From Gammaproteobacteria bacterium (GTDB taxonomy: Bacteria > Pseudomonadota > Gammaproteobacteria > Steroidobacterales > Woeseiaceae), in NCBI GenBank assembly GCA_018699395.1, contig JABIQN010000001.1:3678-67677 (forward strand): a stretch of DNA of 64,000 nt, written 5' to 3'. The notes below the pieces were generated by a model. The model saw only the letters and a program-made list of their open reading frames with translations. It did not search any database and was not told the origin of the DNA. The translations under genes and the position numbers were made by a program. Below are positions 38,802-51,365 of the stretch, one piece after another. Position 1 is the first letter of the stretch. Every line of letters begins with the position of its first letter.

Positions 38802-39015
38802 CGCGCCTGATCAACATCGTGAGAAGTGGGCCGGCCAATGCTTTACCATATTCGAGCTCCCGGATTACCAGTGTTGCCAGCGTAGCTGCCAGAAACCACG
38901 CCAGTCCGATCCATGCCCCGTAGTACATGAGAATGAAGAACAATGGTATTAGCAGACTCGCTGATCTTCTCATTATGGAATTCCAGAACTTGCGAAATGA
39001 TGACGATACAGCCAT
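38794..39015 (-). CDS. Candidate small two-TM membrane protein
   Basis: 73-aa ORF overlapping the xdhC start by 8 nt, with two hydrophobic helices (LLIPLFFILMYYGAWIGLAWFLAATLATLVI). It has no clear SD and I recognise no family. Confidence 0.3.
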   Translation of the reverse strand: MAVSSSFRKFWNSIMRRSASLLIPLFFILMYYGAWIGLAWFLAATLATLVIRELEYGKALAGPLLTMLIRRDE

Positions 39016-39102
39016 GAGGTCAATTTCGCCATAGCATCAGGCGGGCGCGCACGGTCCCTCGATGTTAGTCTTAGCGCCATCTTAAACTATCAAAAGATAC
39101 AG

Positions 39103-40080
39103 ATGACTTACTCAGAGCAGTTACTTGGCATCAGCAATGCAATTGTTGATGTACTCGAACATGTCGATCAAACATTTCTCACCACCGTCGGCGCGCCACT
39201 TGGATCGATGACGCTCATCGACGAAGAGCAGGCAAGAAGCCTCTATTCAAAAATGACTCCAGCGATAGAAACGTCAGGTGGCTCGGTAGCAAACAGCATT
39301 GCGGGATTTGCGAATCTCGGCGGCAGTTCTGCTTACCTTGGAAAGGTTCGTAACGATCAATTTGGTGACATATTTAATCACGACATGGCATCACTCGGGG
39401 TGGACATCCGACTACCGCCGGCAAGCACCGGACCATCGACAGCAAGAAGTCATGTTTTGATCAGCGAAGATGGCCAGCGAACGATGCAGACTTACCTCGG
39501 CGCCTGCCTGGAACTTTGCTTGGCCGACATAAGTGAGGCCACGATAAAGAGCCCAAAAACGTTGCTGCTTGAAGGCTACGTCTGGGATATCGCAGAGGGT
39601 CCGGCTCTTGCGAAAAAGGCGGCTGAAATAGCTCGCCAAAATGGTACGACGGTTGCAATGTCATTGTCGGACTCATTCTGCGTAGAAAGACACCACGAAG
39701 CGTTTGAGGATTTTGTTCGGAATGATGCAAACATTGTGGTCGCAGATGAAGACGAGATTAATGCACTATTCAGCACCAGTAACATCAAAGAGGCGATAGA
39801 AGTTCTTTCTACCTTGGATGTCCTGTTTGCTGTGACTCGATCAGAAAAAGGCTCTGTCATTGTTCACGGCAACGTCACTGTCGAACAGGCTGCGACGAAG
39901 GTCGAAGAAATCGTCGATACCACCGGCGCGGGCGATGCTTACGCTGCAGGCTTCCTGTACGGGTGGACGAATGATCGAACGTTATCCGAGTGTGCTAAAT
40001 ATGGCACCTATTGCGCCACCAAAGTCATTCAGCAACTGGGTGCACGCATCGAGAAAGGGCTTCTCGACAACTTCAGTTAG
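39103..40080 (+). CDS. PfkB-family kinase, adenosine-kinase-like
   Basis: Ribokinase-fold motifs GGSVANS and DTTGAGDAYAAGFL at the size of bacterial adenosine kinases. Confidence 0.75.
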   Translation: MTYSEQLLGISNAIVDVLEHVDQTFLTTVGAPLGSMTLIDEEQARSLYSKMTPAIETSGGSVANSIAGFANLGGSSAYLGKVRNDQFGDIFNHDMASLGVDIRLPPASTGPSTARSHVLISEDGQRTMQTYLGACLELCLADISEATIKSPKTLLLEGYVWDIAEGPALAKKAAEIARQNGTTVAMSLSDSFCVERHHEAFEDFVRNDANIVVADEDEINALFSTSNIKEAIEVLSTLDVLFAVTRSEKGSVIVHGNVTVEQAATKVEEIVDTTGAGDAYAAGFLYGWTNDRTLSECAKYGTYCATKVIQQLGARIEKGLLDNFS

Positions 40081-40098
40081 ACGACCAGGTTCTCGACT

Positions 40099-40965
40099 TT
40101 ACGTGCCGATCGGATGCCAGGTCGTTTTGACTTCTTGTGTGTCCCGAATCAGATATGGGCTTGCAGCATCGCCTGACCAATCAACACGATTGCGCGCGAT
40201 GACTCGCTTGATATTGTCAGCGGCTAACACCTGAATAGTCTTTGCGGCGGCTTTGCCGCCATCGCAGTAGATGATGGCGTTGACGTCCATATGAGATGCG
40301 AAGAACTCTGTCAGCTCTGATCGAAATCCAGTTAGTATATTGACGACACCATCCGGCACGTCCGATGCGTGTAGCACTTCTGCAAAACTGACAGCACATA
40401 AGGGCTTGGTTTCTGACGCCAGTACGATACAGGCATTACCGCCGACGATCGCCGCTGCAATGTTTGAGACCAGCCCCAGTAAGTTGCTGTCATCGGGTGA
40501 TATTATCGCGACGACGCCTGTTGGCTCAAGAACGGAGAAATTGAAATGCGACGAGCTGACCGGGTTTACTGCGCTAAATACCTGCTGATACTTGTCTGAC
40601 CACCCAGCGTAGTAAATTAACCGATCGATAGATTGGTTAACCTCTTTTTCCGCTGTCCGCAAAGCTATGCCCTGCAATACCAATTCGGCCACGAATTGTT
40701 CGCGACGACCTTCAAGAATTTCTGCGATACGATATAGAATCTGGCCATGGAGGTATGCACTTGCCCCAGCCCAGCTCAATTGCGCGCCTCGTGCAGCAAC
40801 AACAGAATTCCGAAAATCCTTTCGACTGCTACGGCATATATTGGCGATGACATTATTTTTTTTATCTTTAAGTGTGAAGTAACGTCCCGACTCGCTCCGC
40901 AGAAATTTGCCGCCAATGTAGATCTTGTATGTTTTGGCTACTGCGATCCGATCGGCTGACATCAT
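40099..40965 (-). CDS. Truncated aldehyde-dehydrogenase-like protein lacking the catalytic domain
   Basis: 288 aa, aligning with the N-terminal/NAD-binding part of the adjacent ALDH (GVVNILTG versus GVVNIVTG). WNFP is replaced by SPDDSN and VLKPAE by VLASET, and there is no ELGGK or catalytic Cys block. ATGA overlap with the ALDH stop. Confidence 0.7.
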   Translation of the reverse strand: MMSADRIAVAKTYKIYIGGKFLRSESGRYFTLKDKKNNVIANICRSSRKDFRNSVVAARGAQLSWAGASAYLHGQILYRIAEILEGRREQFVAELVLQGIALRTAEKEVNQSIDRLIYYAGWSDKYQQVFSAVNPVSSSHFNFSVLEPTGVVAIISPDDSNLLGLVSNIAAAIVGGNACIVLASETKPLCAVSFAEVLHASDVPDGVVNILTGFRSELTEFFASHMDVNAIIYCDGGKAAAKTIQVLAADNIKRVIARNRVDWSGDAASPYLIRDTQEVKTTWHPIGT

Positions 40966-42437
40966 TTCGCTCCCAGCTTCACGTAGGCATCGAGACCGTG
41001 CAGTCCGCCTTCACGCCCAACACCACTTTCTTTGTATCCACCAAAAGGAGACGTCGGATCAAATTTATTGAACGTATTAGCCCAAACAACACCTGCGCGA
41101 ATCTTCTGCGTCATGTTGAAAATCTTTGATCCCTTATCCGTCCAGATTCCACCCGATAAACCATAGGGTGTATTATTTGCTTTAGTGAGTGCTTCATCGT
41201 ATTTACGAAATGTCTGAATAGCCAATACTGGACCAAATATCTCTTCTTGCACGACACGACTGGACTGCGACACGCCCGTAAAGATCGTTGGTCGACACCA
41301 GTAGCCCTTCTTCGGCACCCGGCAAGAACTTTGATGCATGTCGCCGCCCTCAGCCTGGCCTATTTTTAGATAGGACTGAATCTTATTAAGCTGCATCGTC
41401 GAATTGATCGCGCCGATATCGGTATTCTTGTCGAGTGGATCTCCAACAATAAGCGTCTCCATCCGATCCTTCAGTTTAGCGATCACCTCATCAGCAACCG
41501 ATTCCTGCACGAACAGTCTAGAGCCCGCACAGCAGACGTGGCCCTGATTGAAAAATATTCCGTTCACAATACCTTCTACGGCCTGATCGATGGCCGCGTC
41601 GGCGAATATGATATTCGCCGCTTTTCCGCCTAACTCCAGCGTGTACCTTTTGTTGGTGCCGGCGAGCGATTTTTGAATCATCCGACCGATATTGGTCGAC
41701 CCTGTAAACGCAACCTTATCGACGCCCGGGTGATCCACGATCGCAGCACCAGCCGCACCTGCTCCAGTCACAATGTTGACGACACCGGGCGGCAATCCAG
41801 CATCAGCTATAACTTCTGCAAGCTTCATCGCAGTAAGTGACGTCGTCTCAGCGGGCTTCAGCACCACGGTGTTGCCGCAGGCTAGTGCTGGAGCGATCTT
41901 CCAAGACGCCATCAACAACGGGAAATTCCAGGGAATGATCTGTCCTGCAACGCCCAGTGACTTTGCTGTCCTACCAGGAAACGCATATTCGAGCTTGTCT
42001 GCCCAACCGGCATAGTAAAAGAAATGTGCTGCCGAAAGCGGTATATCGATATCGCGCGATTCGCGAATTGGCTTACCGCCATCAAGCGATTCGATGATCG
42101 AAAACTCGCGAGCGCGCTCTTGCATGATGCGCGCAATACGGTAGATGTATTTGCTGCGCTCGGCGGGCTTCATGCGTCCCCATGGGCCTCGATACGCTGC
42201 ACGAGCAGCCTTAACTGCTTTGTCGACATCGACTGCACTTGCCTCTGCAACTCGACTGAGCTTATCCTCGGTTGCAGGATTAATAGTATCGAAATACTTA
42301 CCTTTTTCTGGCTTCACAAAGTCGCCGTTGATAAACAAGCCATAGCGACTCTTTATGTCGATGTGATCCGTACTTTCCGGAGCCGGGTCGTATCCCCAGC
42401 CGCCACCGAACGCGAGTTTATTTTCCGATGTTGCCAT
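40962..42437 (-). CDS. NAD(P)-dependent aldehyde dehydrogenase
   Basis: 491 aa with IPWNFP, VLKPAE, GSTNIG, catalytic LELGGK and GHVCCAGSR. Confidence 0.92.
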   Translation of the reverse strand: MATSENKLAFGGGWGYDPAPESTDHIDIKSRYGLFINGDFVKPEKGKYFDTINPATEDKLSRVAEASAVDVDKAVKAARAAYRGPWGRMKPAERSKYIYRIARIMQERAREFSIIESLDGGKPIRESRDIDIPLSAAHFFYYAGWADKLEYAFPGRTAKSLGVAGQIIPWNFPLLMASWKIAPALACGNTVVLKPAETTSLTAMKLAEVIADAGLPPGVVNIVTGAGAAGAAIVDHPGVDKVAFTGSTNIGRMIQKSLAGTNKRYTLELGGKAANIIFADAAIDQAVEGIVNGIFFNQGHVCCAGSRLFVQESVADEVIAKLKDRMETLIVGDPLDKNTDIGAINSTMQLNKIQSYLKIGQAEGGDMHQSSCRVPKKGYWCRPTIFTGVSQSSRVVQEEIFGPVLAIQTFRKYDEALTKANNTPYGLSGGIWTDKGSKIFNMTQKIRAGVVWANTFNKFDPTSPFGGYKESGVGREGGLHGLDAYVKLGAK

Positions 42438-42439
42438 TG

Positions 42440-43366
42440 CTAATCCTTCGAGAAGTCATCAGGCGATTGGTACAAGCCCGTCGACTGCTTTAATAATTGC
42501 ATTAGTACATCATTGGCCAACGAGCTCGCGCCGAAGCGAAACCACATGGGTGTCATCCACGCATTTCCCAATGTTTCATGCAGCATGACCAGATAGTGGA
42601 TCGCCAGTTTTGAGGTGGAAATTCCGCCAGCCGGTTTCATGCCGACCATCCTTCCTGTGTCGCGATAGTGATCACGAATCGCCTGCAACATGGTCAGCGT
42701 CACCTGCATTGTGGCCGCGGGCTGGATCTTGCCTGTAGACGTTTTAATAAAGTCCGCCCCTGCGCTCATGGCCAACATACTGGCTTTACGCACACGATCC
42801 AGCGTCCCAAGCTCGCCGGTTTCCAAAATCACTTTAAGATGTGCATCGCCGCAGGCTTCTTTCACCGCTACGATTTCATCAAATACATAGCGGTAGTCGC
42901 CGCCAAGAAAATTACCTCGCGATATCACCATATCGATTTCAGTGGCCCCAGCCTTTACCGCCATACGCGTATCGTCGAGCTTCACCTTCAAGGCTGACAT
43001 TCCGCTTGGAAATGCCGTAGCCACAGACGCTATATTGATGTCATGACCGACAAGCGCCTCTTTGGCAACACCAACCATGGTCGGATATACGCAGATCGCC
43101 GCTACATGAGGTAGTCCGGGCATTGAATTATGTAAGTGAATAGCTTTCTGGCAAAGCTGTTGGACTTTTCCGGGCGTATCCTGACCTTCGAGCGTGGTTA
43201 AATCAATCATGCTAAGTATCAGTTTCAGGGCTTCAACTTTTGAGGACTTCTTGATGCTGCGGCTCTGAAATCTTGCCACCCGCTCATTAACACCCACCTC
43301 GTCGACAACAAGAGCCCGACTGAGATCCGGCAAACGCCTGGATTTCTTAGCCGCAGTTACCGTCAC
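42440..43366 (-). CDS. deoC: Deoxyribose-phosphate aldolase (long form)
   Basis: Class I aldolase with Schiff-base Lys context GADFIKTSTGK. At 308 aa it resembles the long DERA type. Confidence 0.88.
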   Translation of the reverse strand: MTVTAAKKSRRLPDLSRALVVDEVGVNERVARFQSRSIKKSSKVEALKLILSMIDLTTLEGQDTPGKVQQLCQKAIHLHNSMPGLPHVAAICVYPTMVGVAKEALVGHDINIASVATAFPSGMSALKVKLDDTRMAVKAGATEIDMVISRGNFLGGDYRYVFDEIVAVKEACGDAHLKVILETGELGTLDRVRKASMLAMSAGADFIKTSTGKIQPAATMQVTLTMLQAIRDHYRDTGRMVGMKPAGGISTSKLAIHYLVMLHETLGNAWMTPMWFRFGASSLANDVLMQLLKQSTGLYQSPDDFSKD

Positions 43367-43368
43367 GT

Positions 43369-44082
43369 CTAACTACCTATCACAGCTGTTTCGAGCCCCA
43401 CCAAAATCATTTCGTCAAATGTCGTCGCGCGATCGTCGCTACTCAGAGCATTACCCGTAACAATGTCATCGCTAACTGTGCATATTGCCAGTGCCTCAAC
43501 GTTATTCTCTGCTGCGATCGCGAAAATTCCGGCAGCCTCCATCTCAACACCATAGACATTATATTTCGCTAATGTTTCGAATATCGATGGGTCCGGCGTG
43601 TAAAAAAGATCGGCCGAAAAGATATTGCCAACATGGTAATTCACGTCCGCGGCCTTCGCTGCTGCAACGGCCTTTTCCACGAGATCAAAACTCGCTAACG
43701 CCGCGTAATCGTATCCACCAAATCGCATTCGGTTGCAGTTCGAATCAGTCGACGCTCCCATGGCGATGATGATGTCGCGAAGCTTAACGTCCGGATGCGA
43801 GGTGCCGCAGCTGCCAACCCGTATAACGCGTTTCACGTCATACTCTGTAATGAGCTCGGTGCAATAAATCGACGCGGAGGGAATTCCCATACCATGCGCC
43901 ATTACAGAAATTATCTGCCCTTTGTATTCACCCGTAAATCCCCACATGTTTCTCACGTCGGTCACCCGGCGAGCATTGTCGAGGTAGGTATCAGAAATAT
44001 ATTGTGCCCGTAGCGGATCGCCGGGCATCAGCACCGTTTCAGCGAAATCGCCGGGCGCTGCATTCATGTGTTTAGTAGCCAT
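43369..44082 (-). CDS. deoD: Purine-nucleoside phosphorylase, DeoD type
   Basis: [29 protein letters not shown] parallels the E. coli DeoD N-terminus, and aaggaa lies 7 nt upstream of this ATG. The listed longer start at 44145 is unlikely. Confidence 0.9.
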   Translation of the reverse strand: MATKHMNAAPGDFAETVLMPGDPLRAQYISDTYLDNARRVTDVRNMWGFTGEYKGQIISVMAHGMGIPSASIYCTELITEYDVKRVIRVGSCGTSHPDVKLRDIIIAMGASTDSNCNRMRFGGYDYAALASFDLVEKAVAAAKAADVNYHVGNIFSADLFYTPDPSIFETLAKYNVYGVEMEAAGIFAIAAENNVEALAICTVSDDIVTGNALSSDDRATTFDEMILVGLETAVIGS

Positions 44083-44403
44083 AGCTGTTCCTTTTACCAT
44101 GATCCGCGTCGCCTTGCCGCTCATACTGAAGACATCTACCATCACATATGGTCAATCACTTAGAGTTGTATTGCGAAGCTGAATTCTTATTCTGTTGAGT
44201 ATGACTGCATGTGGGGCCGTCAATCGCCGGATTGTATTGTGCTGCAGCGCTCGGGGTTTATAAAAAGTACTGGGGAGATGGCTGGTATATCCAGTCAATT
44301 CTTATGCACGGATCATGGACTTCCATTGACTAAAAGGCGTATGCTGTGTTGCTCAAGGAATGTCGTAACATATTGAAAAGAAAAGAATCTACGGAGATTT
44401 AAG

Positions 44404-45285
44404 ATGGCAAAAGTCAAGTGCGGTTTAATACAAATGGCGCTCAAGGGCGATGGCTCAATGGAACCAGATGACATCCGGGATCGTATGATCGAAGCACACA
44501 TTCCCTACATCGAGGATGCCGCTCAACAAGGCGTCCAGATCCTGTGCTTCCAGGAGGTATTCACCCAACCCTATTTTTGCCCAAGCCAGGACCGTAAATG
44601 GTACGCGGCCGCTGAGAAAATTCCTGACGGCTACACGACTAAACTGATGCAGGAATACGCGAAGAAATACAATATGGTCATCGTTGTACCGCTCTATGAG
44701 GAATATATGACTGGCGTTTATTACAACACGGCTGCAGTCATCGACGCCGACGGCAAATACCTTGGTAAGTATCGCAAGACCCACATCCCACAAGTTGACC
44801 CTGGTTTCTATGAAAAGTTTTTCTTCAAACCTGGCGACTCAGGCTGGCCGGTATTTGAGACTGCTTATCTGAAACTTGGCGTTTACATTTGTTATGACCG
44901 ACATTTCCCTGAGGGATGGCGTGCGCTGGCACTAAACGGTGCAGATTACATTGTGAACCCATCGGCAACAGTTGCCGGCCTTAGCAAGTACTTATGGGAA
45001 CTTGAACAACCTGCATCCGCTGCGGCGAACGGCGTCTATATTGGAGCGATCAATCGCGTTGGCAAGGAAGAACCTTGGGCCTCAACACACAACATGGGCG
45101 AGTTTTATGGCTCCAGCTATATCGTCAATCCTCGCGGCACCATCGAAGCGCAGGCGAGCTACGGTGATGACGAGCTTCTGGTGCACGAGATTGATCTCGA
45201 TATGATTCGTGAAGCTCGTGATACGTGGCAGTTTTTCCGTGACCGCAGGCCAGAGACATATAACCCGTTAGTTGGTGGCGAATAG
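44404..45285 (+). CDS. Beta-ureidopropionase (nitrilase-superfamily N-carbamoyl-beta-alanine amidohydrolase)
   Basis: Glu-Lys-Cys triad contexts CFQEVF, YRKTHIP and ICYDRHFPE. NPSAT...LW..E...AA.AN...INRVG...FYGSSY is colinear with eukaryote-type beta-alanine synthase. Confidence 0.8.
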   Translation: MAKVKCGLIQMALKGDGSMEPDDIRDRMIEAHIPYIEDAAQQGVQILCFQEVFTQPYFCPSQDRKWYAAAEKIPDGYTTKLMQEYAKKYNMVIVVPLYEEYMTGVYYNTAAVIDADGKYLGKYRKTHIPQVDPGFYEKFFFKPGDSGWPVFETAYLKLGVYICYDRHFPEGWRALALNGADYIVNPSATVAGLSKYLWELEQPASAAANGVYIGAINRVGKEEPWASTHNMGEFYGSSYIVNPRGTIEAQASYGDDELLVHEIDLDMIREARDTWQFFRDRRPETYNPLVGGE

Positions 45286-45294
45286 GGAACTCGA

Positions 45295-48209
<2,915 letters not shown>

Positions 48210-48211
48210 GC

Positions 48212-49519
48212 ATGACTGCCAATAATCAAATTAAATCGGGTCGACTCAGCAAGGCTGAGGTCGAAGAAAACTTCTCTGATCTGCATCCACCGCTGACTCG
48301 CTCGGAAGCGCTGATTGAAGCCGACCGATGTTATTTCTGCTATGACGCTCCTTGCATGACAGCCTGTCCAACCGGCATCGACATCCCTGGTTTTATTCAG
48401 GGAATTCGCAGTGATAATTTACGCGGTTCAGCTCACACGATATTGCGAGAGAATATCATGGGCGGTATGTGTGCACGTGTTTGTCCGACAGAGATTCTTT
48501 GTGAGGAAGCGTGCGTTCGGAACACTCATGAAGAGAAACCGGTTGAGATCGGATTGCTGCAACGTCATGCAACGGACCCAATTTTCAAAAGTGGTGAGCA
48601 ATTATTTGAACGCGCAGCTTCGTCTGGCAAGAAGATCGCTATCGTCGGTGGAGGGCCTGCAGGATTATCGTGCGCTCATCGACTGGCAGTACTGGGTCAT
48701 GACGTCGTCGTTTTCAATCGCGATGACAAACTGGGCGGTTTGAACGAATATGGGATTGCAGCCTATAAGGCAATAGACGATTTTGCACAAACTGAAGTCG
48801 ACTACATACTCTCGATTGGCGGTATCGAAGTTCGAAACAATTCAGCACTTGGATCTGAAGTTGAACTCGCCGAGTTAGTCGAGGCCTACGATGCTGTATT
48901 CCTTGGCGTCGGCCTCGCGAATTCTAATGCTCTTGGCATAGACGGCGAAGACCTCAACGGTGTAGAAAACGCGATCGAATATATAGCCGAGCTCAGGCAA
49001 ACCAACGATATGAGTACCTTACCCGTTGGTCGCAATGTCGTCGTCATCGGTGGTGGAATGACAGCTATCGATGTCGCAGTACAAAGCAAGCGACTCGGCG
49101 CTGAACAGGTAAATATGGTCTATCGACGTGGTCCGGAGAAAATGAGTGCCAGTGTTTTTGAGCAGGCATTAGCTCAGACCAGTGGTGTGAATATTCATCA
49201 TTGGGCAAGCCCAGTACGAATAGTTGGAGACGATCATGTCACGGGTATCGAGTTCAAGCTTGAAGGTAGTGATGAGGCTATGCATTTGAATGCTGACGTT
49301 GTGTTCAAAGCCATTGGTCAGAAACTCCATGGCGGTGGGCTGGATGCGCTCGCAAGCGAGTCTGGTCGCTTCGTTGTGGACGCTGATCAGAAAACGTCGG
49401 TGCAAGGAATATGGGCGGGTGGCGACTGCGTAGTTGGTGGTGATGATCTGACTGTCAGCGCAGTGCAGCATGGGAAAATTGCAGCAATCAGCATTGATCA
49501 ATATCTGAGGAACTCGTAG
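48212..49519 (+). CDS. preT: NAD-dependent dihydropyrimidine dehydrogenase subunit PreT
   Basis: N-terminal Fe-S Cys clusters plus two dinucleotide folds (IVGGGPAGL and VIGGGMTA). Confidence 0.85.
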   Translation: MTANNQIKSGRLSKAEVEENFSDLHPPLTRSEALIEADRCYFCYDAPCMTACPTGIDIPGFIQGIRSDNLRGSAHTILRENIMGGMCARVCPTEILCEEACVRNTHEEKPVEIGLLQRHATDPIFKSGEQLFERAASSGKKIAIVGGGPAGLSCAHRLAVLGHDVVVFNRDDKLGGLNEYGIAAYKAIDDFAQTEVDYILSIGGIEVRNNSALGSEVELAELVEAYDAVFLGVGLANSNALGIDGEDLNGVENAIEYIAELRQTNDMSTLPVGRNVVVIGGGMTAIDVAVQSKRLGAEQVNMVYRRGPEKMSASVFEQALAQTSGVNIHHWASPVRIVGDDHVTGIEFKLEGSDEAMHLNADVVFKAIGQKLHGGGLDALASESGRFVVDADQKTSVQGIWAGGDCVVGGDDLTVSAVQHGKIAAISIDQYLRNS

Positions 49520-49521
49520 CT

Positions 49522-50820
49522 ATGGCAGATCTAAGATCAGAATTTCTGGGTATTTCCTCTCCAAACCCTTTCTGGCTGGCCTCGGCGCCGCCAACCGACA
49601 AGGCGTACAACGTCAATCGTGCATTCGAGGCAGGCTGGGGTGGCGTGGTCTGGAAGACCCTGGGTGAAGATCCTTCTGTCGTCAATGTCAGTGGTCCGCG
49701 CTATAGCGCGCTCTATAGCAACGAACGGCGCGTCATCGGACTGAACAACATTGAGTTAATCACCGACAGACCGCTACAAACGAATCTCGACGAGATTCGC
49801 CAGATTAAGAAAGACTGGCCAGACCGTGCCGTGGTGGCATCAGTCATGCTGCCGATGAATGAGGCGTCTTGGGCTAAATACTTGCCGATAATCGAAGACA
49901 CCGGAATCGACGGCTTTGAGCTCAACTTCGGTTGCCCGCATGGCATGTCTGAGCGCGGCATGGGTGCAGCCGTTGGTCAGGTTCCCGAATACATTCAGAT
50001 GGCGACCGAATGGGCGAAGAAGGCCGCATCCGTACCGGTGATTGTAAAATTAACACCAAATGTCGCGACAGCTGTACCGCCGGCCAAAGCGGCACTGGAT
50101 GGGGGTGCTGATGCCGTATCGTTGATTAACACTATTAATTCGATCATGCGCGTCAATTACGACACTCTGACGATGTATCCAACAACGGATGGCATGGGAA
50201 CCCATGGCGGTTACTGCGGTGAGGCGGTTAAGCCTATCGCGCTGAACATGGTTGCGGAGATCGCACGTAATGCCGAAACTAGACTCATACCCATCTCGGG
50301 CATTGGCGGTATCAGCGACTGGCGCGATGCTGTCGATTTCCTAGCTCTGGGCGCAAGCAATGTGCAAGTCTGTACCGCGGCGATGGTCTACGGCTTCAAA
50401 ATTATTGATGACCTTGTCGACGGCCTGAGCACTTTTCTCGACAGCAAACAACTGTCGCTTGATCAGCTGGTTGGTAAAGCGGTGCCAAGCGTTACCGATT
50501 GGCAGTACCTGAATCTCAATTATATCGAGAAGGCCGTGATCGATCAGGACTCTTGTATTAAATGTGGACGCTGCCACGTCGTCTGTGAAGACACGTCGCA
50601 TCAGGCGATCACACATACGGTCAATGGCGAACGTCACTTCGAGGTAATGAACGACGAATGTGTCGGTTGCAATCTGTGTGTTAGCGTGTGCCCGGTGGAC
50701 AACTGCATTTCAATGGAGCGCCTTACGGCTGGCAATGATCCACGTACGGGCGCAGCCATAAGTGGCGAAGTCCTCAACTGGACCGAACACTCAAACAACC
50801 CTATGCGAAAAACGGATTAA
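49522..50820 (+). CDS. preA: NAD-dependent dihydropyrimidine dehydrogenase subunit PreA
   Basis: DHOD-like barrel (ELNFGCPHGM) plus two C-terminal 4Fe-4S motifs, CIKCGRCHVVC and CVGCNLCVSVCP. Confidence 0.88.
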   Translation: MADLRSEFLGISSPNPFWLASAPPTDKAYNVNRAFEAGWGGVVWKTLGEDPSVVNVSGPRYSALYSNERRVIGLNNIELITDRPLQTNLDEIRQIKKDWPDRAVVASVMLPMNEASWAKYLPIIEDTGIDGFELNFGCPHGMSERGMGAAVGQVPEYIQMATEWAKKAASVPVIVKLTPNVATAVPPAKAALDGGADAVSLINTINSIMRVNYDTLTMYPTTDGMGTHGGYCGEAVKPIALNMVAEIARNAETRLIPISGIGGISDWRDAVDFLALGASNVQVCTAAMVYGFKIIDDLVDGLSTFLDSKQLSLDQLVGKAVPSVTDWQYLNLNYIEKAVIDQDSCIKCGRCHVVCEDTSHQAITHTVNGERHFEVMNDECVGCNLCVSVCPVDNCISMERLTAGNDPRTGAAISGEVLNWTEHSNNPMRKTD

Positions 50821-50823
50821 TCA

Positions 50824-51222
50824 ATGGCCATTACAGACGAATACCTCATTAACGCAGCAAAGGATGCTCGTGATAACGCCTATAGTCACTATTCAGGTTA
50901 TGCTGTTGGCGCCGCGATCATTGATGATCAGGGACACCTGCACGCTGGTGTCAATGTTGAGAACGGTGCTTACCCTTTAGGCAATTGTGCAGAGGCCGCA
51001 GCGATAGCAGCTATGGTTCTTGAGGGTGGCAAGAATATTGTGTGTATCGCTATAGCAGGCGGCAAAGGTGAAATCGCGCCCTGCGTGCCGTGTGGCGGAT
51101 GCCGTCAACGCATTCACGAATTTGCCAACGAGGATACCGTCATCCTCACAATGAATGACAGTCACGATTGGCAGCGCTACTCGATAGCCGAGTTACTTCC
51201 TGCGGGATTTCGTCTGGATTAG
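50824..51222 (+). CDS. cdd: Cytidine deaminase (homotetrameric type)
   Basis: Zinc motifs CAEAAAI and PCGGCRQ; 132 aa. Confidence 0.9.
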   Translation: MAITDEYLINAAKDARDNAYSHYSGYAVGAAIIDDQGHLHAGVNVENGAYPLGNCAEAAAIAAMVLEGGKNIVCIAIAGGKGEIAPCVPCGGCRQRIHEFANEDTVILTMNDSHDWQRYSIAELLPAGFRLD

Positions 51223-51297
51223 CAGAACCCCGCGGGTAAGAGTAATCTCGCAAGCCCCTCTGTTAGAGTTCGTAAAGTCCATCTGCATCAACATCGT

Positions 51298-51321
51298 AAG
51301 CCCATTAACGTTTTTGGGCTT
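51298..51321. terminator. Hairpin between convergent cdd and nupC
   Basis: aagccca-ttaacgttt-ttgggctt, a 7-bp stem between two convergent gene ends. The T-run is weak, so the call is only moderately supported. Confidence 0.4.
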
Positions 51322-51365
51322 GTCGGTTACATATTAAAATGATGATCGAACGTGAGGCTGCCTCG

